The notes: generated by a model from the sequence alone, not told the origin. Positions 42,667-53,920 are shown, counted from the first letter of the stretch. The stretch is DNA of 60,867 bases from Candidatus Izemoplasmatales bacterium (GCA_050177605.1 JBFXGX010000003.1:23039-83905); one strand, 5' to 3'. Made by a program: numbers and translations.

Positions 42667-42695
42667 AACACAACATCGCGTTGTGTTCTTTTTTT
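42665..42695. terminator. Terminator between the helical-protein operon and deoB
   Basis: AGAACACAAC-ATCGC-GTTGTGTTCT-TTTTTT. Confidence 0.85.
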
Positions 42696-42697
42696 AT

Positions 42698-43876
42698 TTA
42701 TCTTAAATCTTTCAGTAATGATTTCCCTATTTCTGTTTGATCTACATTGAAATTATCCGCAATTGTCGCCGCGATATCCGCAAAGGTATCACCAGTTGGC
42801 AAGAACGAACCATTTAAGAGTTTATTATAAATAAATAATGGAATAAATTCTCTTGTATGATCTGTACCTTTAAAAGTTGGATCATTACCATGGTCAGCGG
42901 TAATCATTAACAAATCATCATCATGAAGGAGCGAAACAAGGTCGCCTAGATCATGATCAAATTCTTCCATCGCTAACTTATATCCGAGGGGATCACGACG
43001 ATGTCCGTACAAGGCATCGAAATCGACAAGGTTTGTAAATGCAAGCCCAGTAAAGTCTTTCTTCGCTAAATCCATCGTTTTGATCATTCCATCATGATTC
43101 GAGACAATTGAATAATGATCAGTAATACCAGAACCATTGAAGATATCTTTAATTTTTCCAACAGAAATGACATCAAATTTATTTTCTTTTAAAATATCTA
43201 GCACTGTAGTACTTGATGGAGAAAGTGCATAATCATGGCGGTTAGGAGTTCTTTTAAAACCAGTGGTAGGATCACCAATGTATGGTCTAGCAATAATTCT
43301 GCCTACTTTCCATTCATCTCTGAGACACAATTCTCTAGCTTTATGACAGATGTCATAGAGTTCCTCTAAAGGAATAATTTCCTCATGTGCTGCGATTTGT
43401 AATACAGAGTCAGCACTAGTATAAACAATTAAATCCCCAGTTTCCATTTGATGTGCCCCTAAGTCACGAATGATATCTGTTCCTGAAGCAGCGATATTCC
43501 CCACGATTTTTCTTCCTGTTTGTTTTTCTAGTTCATCGAGTAATTCTTTTGGAAACCCTGTATCTGTAAAAGTTTGGAATGGAATCTCAGTTTTAATTCC
43601 CATGATTTCCCAGTGTCCAGTCATCGTATCTTTTCCATTCGATACTTCTGCAAGTTTGAGTGTGTTTGCACGGGGATGTGCTACCGGAGCAACACCTTGG
43701 ATTGCGGTCAAATTTCCATACCCCCAAGATTCAAGTAAAGGAAGGTGGACGCCACCTGTAGCTTTCGCTAAATTCCCAATAGTATTGGCACCAACATCGC
43801 CAAATTTATCTGCGTCAGGTGCTTCTCCAACACCTACACTATCGATTACGATTAAAAATACTCTTTTAAATTTCAT
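42698..43876 (-). CDS. deoB: Phosphopentomutase
   Basis: DSVGVG, GKDTMTGHWE, VYTSADS, NLVDFD..YGHRRD, TADHGNDP, DHTRE. Confidence 0.96.
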   Translation of the reverse strand: MKFKRVFLIVIDSVGVGEAPDADKFGDVGANTIGNLAKATGGVHLPLLESWGYGNLTAIQGVAPVAHPRANTLKLAEVSNGKDTMTGHWEIMGIKTEIPFQTFTDTGFPKELLDELEKQTGRKIVGNIAASGTDIIRDLGAHQMETGDLIVYTSADSVLQIAAHEEIIPLEELYDICHKARELCLRDEWKVGRIIARPYIGDPTTGFKRTPNRHDYALSPSSTTVLDILKENKFDVISVGKIKDIFNGSGITDHYSIVSNHDGMIKTMDLAKKDFTGLAFTNLVDFDALYGHRRDPLGYKLAMEEFDHDLGDLVSLLHDDDLLMITADHGNDPTFKGTDHTREFIPLFIYNKLLNGSFLPTGDTFADIAATIADNFNVDQTEIGKSLLKDLR

Positions 43877-43877
43877 A

Positions 43878-44786
43878 TTATTCCTCTTTTCCAAAAGCTC
43901 TAGGATGAGCTTGATGATAACTTTCTTGTATATGTTTTTTTGATAAATGGGTGTAATTTTCAGTTGTCAAGATATCTTCATGTCCTAACAATTCTTGAAC
44001 AGCTCTTAAATCTGCCCCATGTTCTAATAGGTGAGTAGCGAAGGAATGCCTCAGTGTATGTGGCGAGATTTCTTTTTCAATTCCCGCTTTTTTTGCTAAA
44101 GCTTGAATCATCTTATAAAATCCGATTCGCGATATCCTTTCACCTGATTTATTCAGGAAGAGAACTTCTTTTTCTTTAGGAGACAGCTGTGGTCTTCCAC
44201 TGACGATATAATCACGTAAAGCGAAAATGGCTTCTTCTCCAAGTGGAACAATGCGCTCCTTGTTTCCTTTTCCTGTTATATTGATCAATGCCATATTTAA
44301 ATGGATATCACTAATATCGACATTAATTAATTCTGATACTCTAAGCCCTGCGCCGTATGCAAGTTCAATCATCGCACGGTTTCTTAATTCGAGAGGTGAA
44401 GTTCCTTTTTTCGTCTCTTCGATGAGTGATTCAATCTCGGCTTCATTCAGCACTGTTGGTAAAGTTTTCGCAACTTTTGGCTTCGGTATTTTTAAGACGA
44501 TATTTTCATCGACTAATTTTTCTGTCAAACAAAATTGATGAAAACTGCGTACAGAAGATAACTTTCTTGAAATACTTTTTGCCGATAGATTTTGGCGTTT
44601 TAAATGGAGTGTGTAATTTACTAAATGTTGTTTACTTACCTGGTCCATCCGTTTAAAACCATATTGTTCTGTTAAAAATGAGATATAGTCTTTGAGGTCA
44701 TTTTGATAAGAAGCAATGGTATTCTTCGACAAATTTTTGGTTACCTTTAAATAATATAAGTACTCTTTTAATAGGTTGTCAATCAC
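43878..44786 (-). CDS. xerD: Chromosomal tyrosine recombinase XerD
   Basis: GLRVSE, GKGNKER, HTLRHSFATH, LLGH, catalytic Tyr; xerD-deoB order as in Bacillus ripX-drm. Confidence 0.9.
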   Translation of the reverse strand: MIDNLLKEYLYYLKVTKNLSKNTIASYQNDLKDYISFLTEQYGFKRMDQVSKQHLVNYTLHLKRQNLSAKSISRKLSSVRSFHQFCLTEKLVDENIVLKIPKPKVAKTLPTVLNEAEIESLIEETKKGTSPLELRNRAMIELAYGAGLRVSELINVDISDIHLNMALINITGKGNKERIVPLGEEAIFALRDYIVSGRPQLSPKEKEVLFLNKSGERISRIGFYKMIQALAKKAGIEKEISPHTLRHSFATHLLEHGADLRAVQELLGHEDILTTENYTHLSKKHIQESYHQAHPRAFGKEE

Positions 44787-44793
44787 TTGATAA

Positions 44794-45906
44794 CTACCTC
44801 AATTCCATATAAAATTGATTGGATAAAAACTTTCCTTTTTTCGTAAAGCGAAGATAATCATTTTCTACTTCAAGAAAACCAAGTTGAACATATTTTTGAA
44901 TCGCTGGAAAAGCGTCTAAAATATTTTCGTTAAATAGACTATTGTATTTTGTCATCGAAATCCCTTGATTTTTTCTGAGTCCCATTAATAGATATTCATA
45001 TGGCAGGTCAGTATCTTCTTTGATTCTCCCACCATGACTCATTGACTTGATATTTTCTAGATAGTCTTTCAAATGGCGAACATTGGAGAATCTAGCGCCA
45101 TCAACAAGTGATGAAGCCCCGAGTCCCACCCCCAAGTAGTCATCTAAGTTCCAATACAGTAAATTATGATTGGATTCATACGATTCCTTTGCATAATTGG
45201 AAAACTCATATTGCTTATAACCTTTCTCAGTGAGTGTGTCTTCAATATACGTCGCCATATCCATTTCTAGATCTTCATCTACAAGTCGAAGATGATGATG
45301 AATCACATCATAATACAGTCTTGTTCTTTCTTCTAGTATTAAAGAATAGTACGAGATATGCGTTGGATTTAATTGCGCTATATTCAACACATCAACTTTC
45401 ACATCTTCAAGTGTTTGTGAAGGAATTGCATAGATTAAATCGAGATTGTAATTGTGAAAGTTCATTTGGTTTAAAAGTTTGACAGACCGAATGACATCAT
45501 CCTTTAAGTGCGTCCTTCCAATCAACTTTAATAAACGATTCGAAAAAGATTGAACACCTATGGATAGTCGAGATACATGATATTTTTGAAGAAGCCTAAT
45601 CAGTGATTCATCAATATCTGAAGGATTCGCTTCCATCGAATACTCAATTAATGAAGAGACATCAACCATGTTTTGAATTTGAATCAATAATTGTTCAAGG
45701 TTGTCGTGATGAATATGTGAAGGTGTTCCCCCACCAATGTAGACTGTCCTAACATTCGACAAGTCTTCTTTAATACTCGCTAGTTCTTTGATTAATGCTT
45801 CCATATAGGTTATCTGCAATGATTCAGAAGCTTTATACTTCACAAAATCACAATAATGACAGATGTTTTCACAAAATGGAATGTGAATATAAAGTCCTTT
45901 TATCAT
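44794..45906 (-). CDS. hemW: Radical SAM heme chaperone HemW (HemN-like)
   Basis: YIHIPFC...C.YCDF, GGGTPS, YE.SNY, HN..YW; follows lepA. Confidence 0.9.
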   Translation of the reverse strand: MIKGLYIHIPFCENICHYCDFVKYKASESLQITYMEALIKELASIKEDLSNVRTVYIGGGTPSHIHHDNLEQLLIQIQNMVDVSSLIEYSMEANPSDIDESLIRLLQKYHVSRLSIGVQSFSNRLLKLIGRTHLKDDVIRSVKLLNQMNFHNYNLDLIYAIPSQTLEDVKVDVLNIAQLNPTHISYYSLILEERTRLYYDVIHHHLRLVDEDLEMDMATYIEDTLTEKGYKQYEFSNYAKESYESNHNLLYWNLDDYLGVGLGASSLVDGARFSNVRHLKDYLENIKSMSHGGRIKEDTDLPYEYLLMGLRKNQGISMTKYNSLFNENILDAFPAIQKYVQLGFLEVENDYLRFTKKGKFLSNQFYMELR

Positions 45907-46007
45907 AGAATCACCATTATTATGTTAACATAATTCTTTAAAAATGTATAGAAATATACATTTCTTATCGCTTGTTAGGAAAAAAATAAAGCCAAATTAT
46001 CTTGGCT

Positions 46008-47837
46008 TTATTTATCATTTTCAAGTGATAAAACCGACATGAATGCAGCTTGAGGAATTTCTACAGATCCCACAGATTTCATTCTTTTCTTCCCTTGTTT
46101 TTGTTTTTCTAACAACTTTTTCTTTCTCGAAATGTCTCCACCATAACATTTGGCAAGGACATCTTTTCTCATCGCTTTGATATTGGTTCTTGCGATAACC
46201 TTCGTACCAATCGCTGCTTGTACTGGAATTTCAAATAATTGTCGTGGAATAAGATCTTTGAGTTTTGTACAAATCTTATTTCCTCTTTCATAAGCAAAAT
46301 CTTTATGAACAATTAAAGCGAGCGCATCGACAGCTTCACCATTGAGCAATATATCAATTTTTTGAAGGTTTGACTCACGATATCCAATGAGTTCGTAATC
46401 TAAAGAAGCATATCCTTTCGTTTGAGATTTCAAACGATTAAAGAAATCAAAGATGATTTCGGATAGAGGCATTTCATAAATTAATTCCACCCTGACATCA
46501 GATAAATACTTCATATCTTTGAACACACCACGTTTATATTGGCAAAGTTCCATCACATTCCCTACAAATTCACTTGGCGTGATAATCATCGCTTTAACAT
46601 AAGGCTCTTCAATCGACTTAATACGTTGAATTGGAGGCATCATGGCTGGATTATCGATTTGAACAACCGTTTGATCTGTCAAGTTGACGCGGTAGTTTAC
46701 TGAAGGGGCAGTAGCGATGACATTTTGTTGGAATTCTCGTTCAATTCTCTCTTGGAAAATTTCCATATGAAGCATTCCTAAGAAACCAATTCGGAAGCCA
46801 TGGCCTAATGCCTCACTACTTTCAGGTTCATATAGAATGGAAGCATCACTTAATCTCATTTTTTCAAGAGAATCTTTTAAATCAATATAATCATCAGCAT
46901 CCACAGGATAAATTCCTGAATAGACCATTGGTGTTAATTTACGATATCCTGGTAAAGGATCTTTCGCTGGAAGGGTATCACTCGTAACAGTATCTCCAAC
47001 GTGAACCTTTTCAATGTTTTTAATTGCGGCACTAAACCATCCAACATCTCCAGTGGATAAATATTCACGAGGTTGTTCTTTCGGTGTATAGACGCCTACT
47101 TCGTTGACCTCATACACTGCGCCTGTTGCCATAAAACGAATTTTATCTCCAACGTTTAATACACCATTCACAACACGTATTAATGGAATGACTCCACGAT
47201 AAGCATCGTAGTATGAGTCAAAGATCAATGCTTGTAAAGGTTCATCAATCTTTCCTTTCGGTGCAGGTACGTGAAGTACGACTTGTTCAAGGATTTCTCT
47301 AATACCTTTTCCTTCTTTTGCGGATGCATGAATAGCTTCACTACAGTCAAGACCAATCGTCTCCTCAATTTCATGTTTAACTTTATCTGGATCGGCAGAA
47401 GGTAAATCAATTTTATTGATTACAGGTAATATTTCCAAGTCATTATCAAGTGCTAAATAGACATTTGCGAGTGTCTGTGCTTCAATCCCCTGACTTGCAT
47501 CGACAACTAGAATTGCGCCTTCACAAGCTGCTAAACTACGACTTACCTCATAGGTAAAATCGACATGACCTGGCGTATCAATTAAATGGAAGATATAATC
47601 GCTTCCATCAAGAGAGTGATAGGTTAATTCAACGCTATTTAATTTAATCGTGATTCCACGTTCTCTTTCTAGGTCCATCGAATCAAGAATTTGATTTTTC
47701 ATTTCTCTGGAAGATACCGTATCGGTTAATTCCAAGATTCTGTCCGCTAAGGTTGATTTCCCATGATCAATATGGGCAATGATTGAGAAATTTCTAATTT
47801 TCTTTTGTCTTTCGATAAGTTCTTGTTTGCTTTTCAT
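46008..47837 (-). CDS. lepA: Elongation factor 4
   Basis: [28 protein letters not shown]; start 47837 with GGAGG RBS. Confidence 0.98.
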   Translation of the reverse strand: MKSKQELIERQKKIRNFSIIAHIDHGKSTLADRILELTDTVSSREMKNQILDSMDLERERGITIKLNSVELTYHSLDGSDYIFHLIDTPGHVDFTYEVSRSLAACEGAILVVDASQGIEAQTLANVYLALDNDLEILPVINKIDLPSADPDKVKHEIEETIGLDCSEAIHASAKEGKGIREILEQVVLHVPAPKGKIDEPLQALIFDSYYDAYRGVIPLIRVVNGVLNVGDKIRFMATGAVYEVNEVGVYTPKEQPREYLSTGDVGWFSAAIKNIEKVHVGDTVTSDTLPAKDPLPGYRKLTPMVYSGIYPVDADDYIDLKDSLEKMRLSDASILYEPESSEALGHGFRIGFLGMLHMEIFQERIEREFQQNVIATAPSVNYRVNLTDQTVVQIDNPAMMPPIQRIKSIEEPYVKAMIITPSEFVGNVMELCQYKRGVFKDMKYLSDVRVELIYEMPLSEIIFDFFNRLKSQTKGYASLDYELIGYRESNLQKIDILLNGEAVDALALIVHKDFAYERGNKICTKLKDLIPRQLFEIPVQAAIGTKVIARTNIKAMRKDVLAKCYGGDISRKKKLLEKQKQGKKRMKSVGSVEIPQAAFMSVLSLENDK

Positions 47838-47910
47838 AAAAATTCCTCCTTTCATTACGAGAGATATTTTACTATAAATTGATGTATTTTTCAAATACAT
47901 TTTAAGTTAT

Positions 47911-47940
47911 AAAAAAGCATATAGCGCACTATATGCTTTT
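47911..47940 (-). terminator. Terminator after RNase P RNA
   Basis: AAAAGCATATAG-CGCA-CTATATGCTTTT. Confidence 0.8.
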
Positions 47941-47943
47941 ATA

Positions 47944-48286
47944 TTCACATCTTTCATAAGCCATGTTCTGTCCACTGTTTAAGTGTGGCAATCATCTATC
48001 TACGGAATAACCGTCAGTTATCTCATTCGGTTCTAAGATAACCACTCCCCTACCAATATTTGGGTTTCTAGCTTGTGGGGTTTACCAACGTTTCATTCAT
48101 ATATATTTTATATGACTCGTCTCTGTGGCACGTTAAGGATACTTTGACCTTTGACATTCATTTCTCCGCCGTCACCAAGGTGCCTAAACTTATTTTTTCG
48201 TTTAGCACAATCACTACAGGCATCACAGCCTGTGCTAGCATGGACTTTCCTAACACTTTTACGTGCTCGATTGCCGAAAGATGAAA
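47944..48286 (-). ncRNA. rnpB: RNase P RNA, bacterial type B
   Basis: Minus strand has AGGAAAGUCCAUGC, GUGCCACAGAGACG, GGUAAACCCC and ACAGAACAUGGCUUA; P1 ends CAUCUUUC/GAAAGAUG are complementary. Confidence 0.95.
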
Positions 48287-48294
48287 AATAATAT

Positions 48295-50436
48295 TTATTC
48301 TTCTTTAGTTGTTGGTTGTGCGATTTCTTCTAGAACAGCTTTTCTAGATAAATCAACTCTACCTTTATCGTCTACGCCGATTACTTTTACAGTAATTACG
48401 TCGCCAACTTTAACAACATCTTCTGTGTTTTGAACTCGTTCTTTCGCAAGTTTTGAAATATGAACTAAACCATCTTGTCCTGGCCATAATTCAACGAACG
48501 CACCAAATTTTTCAGTACGAACTACTTTACCAGTATAGTTTGCGCCAACTTCAACTTCTCTTACGATATCTTCAATCATCTTCATTGCTTTTTCGATGAA
48601 ATAAGAATCTTGATGCATGATGGTCACTCTACCATCTTGTTCAATATCAATCTTCACGTCGCTACATTGTTCGATGATCGAAGTAATTGTTTTTCCACCA
48701 CTACCGATAACATCTCTAATCTTATCTGGTGAGATTAACATTAATTTAACTTTTGGAGCGTATTTAGATAATTCTTTACGAGGTTCACGAATAGTTTGGT
48801 CCATTCTTGAAAGAATTTGTAAACGAGCAATTTTAGCTTGTGCTAAAGCTTCCATAAAGATTTCTCTTGTAATACCACTAATCTTAATGTCCATTTGAAG
48901 CGCAGTAATTCCTTCAGTCGTACCAGCAACTTTAAAGTCCATATCACCAAAATGATCTTCTAATCCTTGAATGTCTGTTAAAATCGTGTAATCTTCACCT
49001 TTTTTAACAAGACCCATAGCAATACCAGCAACTTGTGCTTTAATTGGAACTCCCGCAGCCATTAATGCCATTGATCCAGCACAAATAGTAGCTTGAGAAC
49101 TTGAACCATTACTTTCTAGAATTTCAGATACAACACGAATGGTATAAGGGAATTCTTCTTCTCCAGGTAGTACTTGGAATAAAGCTCTTTCTCCTAATGC
49201 ACCATGACCAATTTCTCTACGTCCTGGTGAACCATATCTTCCGGTTGAACCAACACTAAATTGAGGGAAATTGTAATGTAACATAAATCTTTTACCATCT
49301 TCAACAGAGACACCATCGATGATTTGAGCTTCGCCAAGCGCACCAAGCGTTACTGTCGCTAAAGCTTGAGTTTGTCCTCTGGTGAATAAACTGGATCCAT
49401 GTGTTCTTTCAAACAAATCTACTTCCATATCTAAAGCACGAATTTCATCTAGTTTTCTTCCATCAGGTCTAATTTTATCTTCTGTAATAAGACGACGTAC
49501 TTCGTCAACTTGGATTTGTTCTAACACTTTGTTGACAAACCCGATTTGAACTTTGATTTCATCTTTATCGAGTCCAGCTGCTTTGTATTCTTTTTCAAGG
49601 GTTTCTTTGATTTCGTCTTCTACAACTTCAATTTTGTGTTGACGTTCAAGTTTATCTTTTGTCGATACTGCTTTTACAATACGACCTTGTTCTAAAGCGT
49701 ATACTGCTTTTTTAATGTCTTCAGGAACAGAAATAAGTTCGATTTCCATTCTTGGTTTTCCAACTTCTTTGATAATTTCTTCTTGGAAAGCACACAATTC
49801 TTTGATTTTATCATGGGCTAACATTAATGCGTCTAACATCAGTTCTTCACTGACTTCTTTCGCGCCTGCTTCTACCATGTTGATTGCGTCTTTTGTTCCA
49901 GCAACTGTTAATTCTAACGTTGAAACAACGAGTTGTTCAGGGGTTGGATTGACAACGAATGCACCATCAATATATCCAATAACAACGCCAGCAACAGGAC
50001 CATTAAATGGAACGCCACCAAGACCTAAGCTTAAGGAAGCCCCAAATAAAGCAGCCATTTCTGGACTGTAATCAGGATTAACGCTCATCACTGTATTGAT
50101 GATTTGAACTTCTGTACGGAAGTCATCATCAAAAAGTGGACGGATTGGACGGTCAATTGCTCTTGAAATTAATGTTTCGTGTTCAGAAGGACGACCTTCA
50201 CGACGTAAGAACCCTCCTGGAATTTTACCAGCAGAATAAAGTTTTTCTTGGTAGATAACCATTAATGGGAAAAAGTCACCTGTACTTGGTTCTTTTCCAA
50301 CAACACTAACGCTTAATACTGCTGTATCTTCATAACGGATTAAAGCTGATCCATGGGCTTGTTTTGCAAGTTGACCTGTTTCAACAGTCAAATTGTGCCC
50401 TTCAAATTGTTTAGTAAAAACTCTCTTTTCACTCAT
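48295..50436 (-). CDS. pnp: Polyribonucleotide nucleotidyltransferase
   Basis: [25 protein letters not shown] and S1 domains. Confidence 0.98.
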   Translation of the reverse strand: MSEKRVFTKQFEGHNLTVETGQLAKQAHGSALIRYEDTAVLSVSVVGKEPSTGDFFPLMVIYQEKLYSAGKIPGGFLRREGRPSEHETLISRAIDRPIRPLFDDDFRTEVQIINTVMSVNPDYSPEMAALFGASLSLGLGGVPFNGPVAGVVIGYIDGAFVVNPTPEQLVVSTLELTVAGTKDAINMVEAGAKEVSEELMLDALMLAHDKIKELCAFQEEIIKEVGKPRMEIELISVPEDIKKAVYALEQGRIVKAVSTKDKLERQHKIEVVEDEIKETLEKEYKAAGLDKDEIKVQIGFVNKVLEQIQVDEVRRLITEDKIRPDGRKLDEIRALDMEVDLFERTHGSSLFTRGQTQALATVTLGALGEAQIIDGVSVEDGKRFMLHYNFPQFSVGSTGRYGSPGRREIGHGALGERALFQVLPGEEEFPYTIRVVSEILESNGSSSQATICAGSMALMAAGVPIKAQVAGIAMGLVKKGEDYTILTDIQGLEDHFGDMDFKVAGTTEGITALQMDIKISGITREIFMEALAQAKIARLQILSRMDQTIREPRKELSKYAPKVKLMLISPDKIRDVIGSGGKTITSIIEQCSDVKIDIEQDGRVTIMHQDSYFIEKAMKMIEDIVREVEVGANYTGKVVRTEKFGAFVELWPGQDGLVHISKLAKERVQNTEDVVKVGDVITVKVIGVDDKGRVDLSRKAVLEEIAQPTTKEE

Positions 50437-50530
50437 ATATTTACCTTCTTTCGTGGGTTGATAGCATATCAAAATAATTATACCATATCTATGGTAAAAT
50501 CTCGCTACATTTCTTTTTCAAACAAGAAAT

Positions 50531-50555
50531 AAGCACCCAAGTACTTTGGGTGCTT
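50531..50555 (-). terminator. rpsO terminator
   Basis: AAGCACCCAA-GTACT-TTGGGTGCTT. Confidence 0.8.
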
Positions 50556-50562
50556 TTGTTTC

Positions 50563-50832
50563 TTATCGACGTAATCCTAGTTTTGTGATTAATGTTTGGT
50601 AACGTTCAGCAGAAGTTTTTTGTAAATATTTTAATAAACTTCTACGTTTTCCAACCTTCATTAATAAGCCTCTTCTAGAATGGAAATCGTGTTTGTGTAC
50701 CTTTAAATGTTCGTTTAAAGTTACGATTTCTTCGGTTAATAAAGCGATTTGGATTTCAGGTGAACCTGTATCCCCTTCTTTAAAACCAAATTCTTGAACG
50801 ATTTCTTTAGTTCTTTCTTTTGTAAGAGCCAT
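50563..50832 (-). CDS. rpsO: 30S ribosomal protein S15
   Basis: [28 protein letters not shown]. Confidence 0.98.
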   Translation of the reverse strand: MALTKERTKEIVQEFGFKEGDTGSPEIQIALLTEEIVTLNEHLKVHKHDFHSRRGLLMKVGKRRSLLKYLQKTSAERYQTLITKLGLRR

Positions 50833-50946
50833 TTTTGTTTCCTCCTCTATCTATAACTTACCTAATTCCGGAAGTAGCGTCGGAGAGTCGCTAGTTTCAG
50901 AGATAGGCGCGAGTAGTATTATAACATACAATTTCTTGCTTTGCAA
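50833..50946 (-). promoter_or_regulatory. rpsO promoter and probable S15 autoregulatory leader
   Basis: TTGCAA-N17-TATAAT promoter; structured leader with UAGCG-ACUCUCCGA-CGCUA hairpin resembling the Firmicutes S15 leader. Confidence 0.7.
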
Positions 50947-50955
50947 GGAAAAGAT

Positions 50956-52704
50956 TTATAGCATACTCTTTATTTTATCTAAGATAAACACCATCGAAAA
51001 GGTGTCTTGAGCGCAGTAGGCAAGCAAGTGTTGATATGCAATATCTCTCTCAATGTTATTCATCTTAGAAAATTGAATATATGTCTCGTACGCCATGGTT
51101 CCATTGCGTACGGCTAGGTCTTCATATGCATGATTTCCAAGCACGGACAGAATTTTCTTGATCGAATAACTTCCCGATTGCTCTGGATGATAGAAATTAT
51201 AGGTTTCAGCGGCTTCCTCTGTAAATCCTTGATTCAAGAAAAACTCTCTGTCATTTTTAAGTAGTAATAACAAATCAAATATCCGAGGTAATATCTTATC
51301 AATTTGCGATGCATATTCAACAAAGAATTCCTTCATTTCAATCAGTCTTGAAATTTCAAAAGTTTGGTTATAGACGATAATACTTCCTCCGTCATCTTCA
51401 ATCAATTGCAACAAGGATTCAAGTAATTCTTTACGATGATCATCGTTGTCTTTGGATAGATAATAGTAGTGCTTAATTGGATCGTTTTCACTGGTTTTTT
51501 TATGTAAGCTAAATTGAAATACACTCTGCGAATATGGCGACTCACCTTCAAAACGGGGAAGTGGCGAAGGATAGGCCTCAAAGTCTAGAAAATAATAAGG
51601 ATATTTCAAGTTTTTTAAATAGAGTTTTACCTTTTTTTTATTAATAAATACATAATCATTTTCAACACAATAGCGCTGCATTAAATTCTTCTCTCGATGC
51701 AACCAAGAAATCGGTACATCAAGCAGTCCAACCATCCCTTGATTCATCAGTTCGTATGTATCATGATGGATATCATTCTTGTGTGGTCCTTCTTTAAAAC
51801 CTAAATGAGCATAGAAGTAATTTGTTATCGCATTTTCCTTTGGTACATGCGCAAAACAAGTGTCGACAAAAGGACATTCAAAAGATTTTCCTTTTAGACA
51901 TTCATTATCTACCAAGTCACAAGGTGAGTTATCATTTAATTCTTTTAAATTAATCATACGATAGAGGTCAGAGATTATTTTATCTTGGAGCGAATCGACA
52001 AAATCAGTCATATCAAAGATAACAAAAAGGTCAATTAAATCATCCGCTTCTTCAAGCGTCTTGGCACGGAGCACATAATGCGGATTGAGTGCCACATAAT
52101 AAAACCTTGGTTTCAAAGCTTTGATATCATCTGGTAGTGTGAAATATGAGAAAGCAAGATCATAGACAATTCGACCAGTATCGTAGTGTCTCGATAAAAC
52201 GCGCCTTACTTTGTCATGATAGTTCGTATGATCCCCTTCTCGAACAAACACTTTTCTTGGAATATATACGCCATTCTTCATTTCAAATAGCGGATATTTC
52301 TTTTTATTATAGCTGTAGTTCAGATTTGTAAAATGTGTTTGTGTAGAGGAAGAGACTTTGAATACTGAGAGCTGATTGTCTACTTTTACAAAGAAAGGGA
52401 GTGTCGTTTGGAGCGTTTCCGATTCAAACACTCGTTCAAATACATAATTTTTTTGATAACTGCAATCATTCTTATTTAGAAATGTTTGTTCAAAAAGACG
52501 GGATATTGGGTCAAGAGTTTTTTCTTCTCCTGATTCGAAGATTATTTCTTCTCCTACAAAATCATCCGTTTGGTCTTCATCGCTACGATGCACTATTCGA
52601 TTGTTTATCTCATTTATGTTATGTGAAGAAGCTAGCGCACTAAATCTTCGACATCTTAAATGATTTAATAAATCTCTGGTACGAATCATAGATGTTTTCT
52701 CCAA
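50956..52704 (-). CDS. DUF2779-like protein with a C-terminal RNase H-like exonuclease fold
   Basis: YFLDFE, FQFSLH, IIVYN..FE, DLL, SYSIK, YC..DT; Cys cluster in the middle. Confidence 0.75.
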   Translation of the reverse strand: MEKTSMIRTRDLLNHLRCRRFSALASSHNINEINNRIVHRSDEDQTDDFVGEEIIFESGEEKTLDPISRLFEQTFLNKNDCSYQKNYVFERVFESETLQTTLPFFVKVDNQLSVFKVSSSTQTHFTNLNYSYNKKKYPLFEMKNGVYIPRKVFVREGDHTNYHDKVRRVLSRHYDTGRIVYDLAFSYFTLPDDIKALKPRFYYVALNPHYVLRAKTLEEADDLIDLFVIFDMTDFVDSLQDKIISDLYRMINLKELNDNSPCDLVDNECLKGKSFECPFVDTCFAHVPKENAITNYFYAHLGFKEGPHKNDIHHDTYELMNQGMVGLLDVPISWLHREKNLMQRYCVENDYVFINKKKVKLYLKNLKYPYYFLDFEAYPSPLPRFEGESPYSQSVFQFSLHKKTSENDPIKHYYYLSKDNDDHRKELLESLLQLIEDDGGSIIVYNQTFEISRLIEMKEFFVEYASQIDKILPRIFDLLLLLKNDREFFLNQGFTEEAAETYNFYHPEQSGSYSIKKILSVLGNHAYEDLAVRNGTMAYETYIQFSKMNNIERDIAYQHLLAYCAQDTFSMVFILDKIKSML

Positions 52705-52790
52705 TCATCATCGTTCAAGTTCATTATATCATAGGTTAGGAATACTTATCAATCAATACAAAATAAAAACGATAGACTTAAAGTCTATCG

Positions 52791-53273
52791 CTATTCGAGT
52801 GAATTAATAAATCCTAAAAACTCTCGCTGATGGATTTCGCTACCATAGATATTCGTTGACTCAACTTCATCAAAAAACGAAAGAATATCGTCCTCACTTA
52901 CATAATACTCTTCCATACCGGTAAGTTCTTCCTCCGCAGTTAATTTTCTAGGCTGAGGATGATCAAAATCAACTTCTACAAGAAAATAATGATTAATCCA
53001 AGTAGAATCGATAAAATATTCATGAATAGAACACTTATATTTATACTTAACAACTGGATACCCTGTTTCTTCAAGAATTTCTCGTTTTAAGGCTTCTTCT
53101 TTTGATTCTCCTTGTTCTATGCCTCCTCCAGGAAACACATAGGTATCAAGAGCAGGTGAATGCACAAGTAGATAATGATTACCTTTTTTTATAATTGCTC
53201 TTGAGCCTTCTCTGATAGGAGATATTGGCATATCTCGTTTTGTTAATCCATCTGCAAAAATTTCTATAATCAC
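52791..53273 (-). CDS. NUDIX hydrolase
   Basis: FPGGGIEQGESKEEALKREILEETGY Nudix box. Confidence 0.9.
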   Translation of the reverse strand: MIIEIFADGLTKRDMPISPIREGSRAIIKKGNHYLLVHSPALDTYVFPGGGIEQGESKEEALKREILEETGYPVVKYKYKCSIHEYFIDSTWINHYFLVEVDFDHPQPRKLTAEEELTGMEEYYVSEDDILSFFDEVESTNIYGSEIHQREFLGFINSLE

Positions 53274-53920
53274 TTATCTATCCTCACTAATAATGACTGT
53301 ACTGGTTTTTTGAAAAAATCAACGACAAATCCAATGAGCAAGCCAAATACAATTGTCGTTGGTCCAATGAAGAAGTATTCATCTTGAAATGAAAACAATA
53401 GTCCAACGATTACGGTTAAGACGATTGCGATAAGTTCACCTATTAATTTTCCTTTACCAAAAGTAATATGTAGTTTCTTTGCAATTCCATTACATAATTC
53501 ATCAAGTGCAGGTAATGGATATTCACAATAAAGGATTAGATTTAGTCCAATAGCACAAATGATAATCGCTGCAAAGAGATAAGCAAGATTCCAGCCGATT
53601 GATAATGTTACCACACTTGGGATTATAAGTAATAGTAAATCGATGACTAAGCCAACGTAGAAACTAATAACCAAAGGAAATAACATCCAAACTGAAGGCT
53701 TCTTTTTTTGTAATAGATAAGCAATGCTAATTAAAACAAGTGCAACGATTGGATTAAGATACTTATATTCAAGAGGTATACCTTCATATAAATTTCTATT
53801 AAAAGCATCCCAAGCGCTCATTCCTAAATTCGTTTGTTGTATAAGTGTAACACATACACCCAGTAAAGTAAGACCAAGAAAAAAAATCGCATTTTTCTTC
53901 GGGGTAAATTTATATCTCAT
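53270..53920 (-). CDS. YczE/YitT-like integral membrane protein
   Basis: Several TM helices, LG.SAWD and IGP.T motifs. Confidence 0.7.
   Translation of the reverse strand: MRYKFTPKKNAIFFLGLTLLGVCVTLIQQTNLGMSAWDAFNRNLYEGIPLEYKYLNPIVALVLISIAYLLQKKKPSVWMLFPLVISFYVGLVIDLLLLIIPSVVTLSIGWNLAYLFAAIIICAIGLNLILYCEYPLPALDELCNGIAKKLHITFGKGKLIGELIAIVLTVIVGLLFSFQDEYFFIGPTTIVFGLLIGFVVDFFKKPVQSLLVRIDK

Noticed and set aside
43878..44786. Tyrosine recombinase as a prophage or ICE integrase
   Set aside because: Length, motifs and the xerD-deoB context match housekeeping XerD; no att repeats or cargo seen
48075..48284. 69-aa plus-strand ORF
   Set aside because: It is antisense to RNase P RNA
50956..52704. 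cas4 or a CRISPR-associated locus
   Set aside because: No repeat-spacer array or other cas genes anywhere in the window
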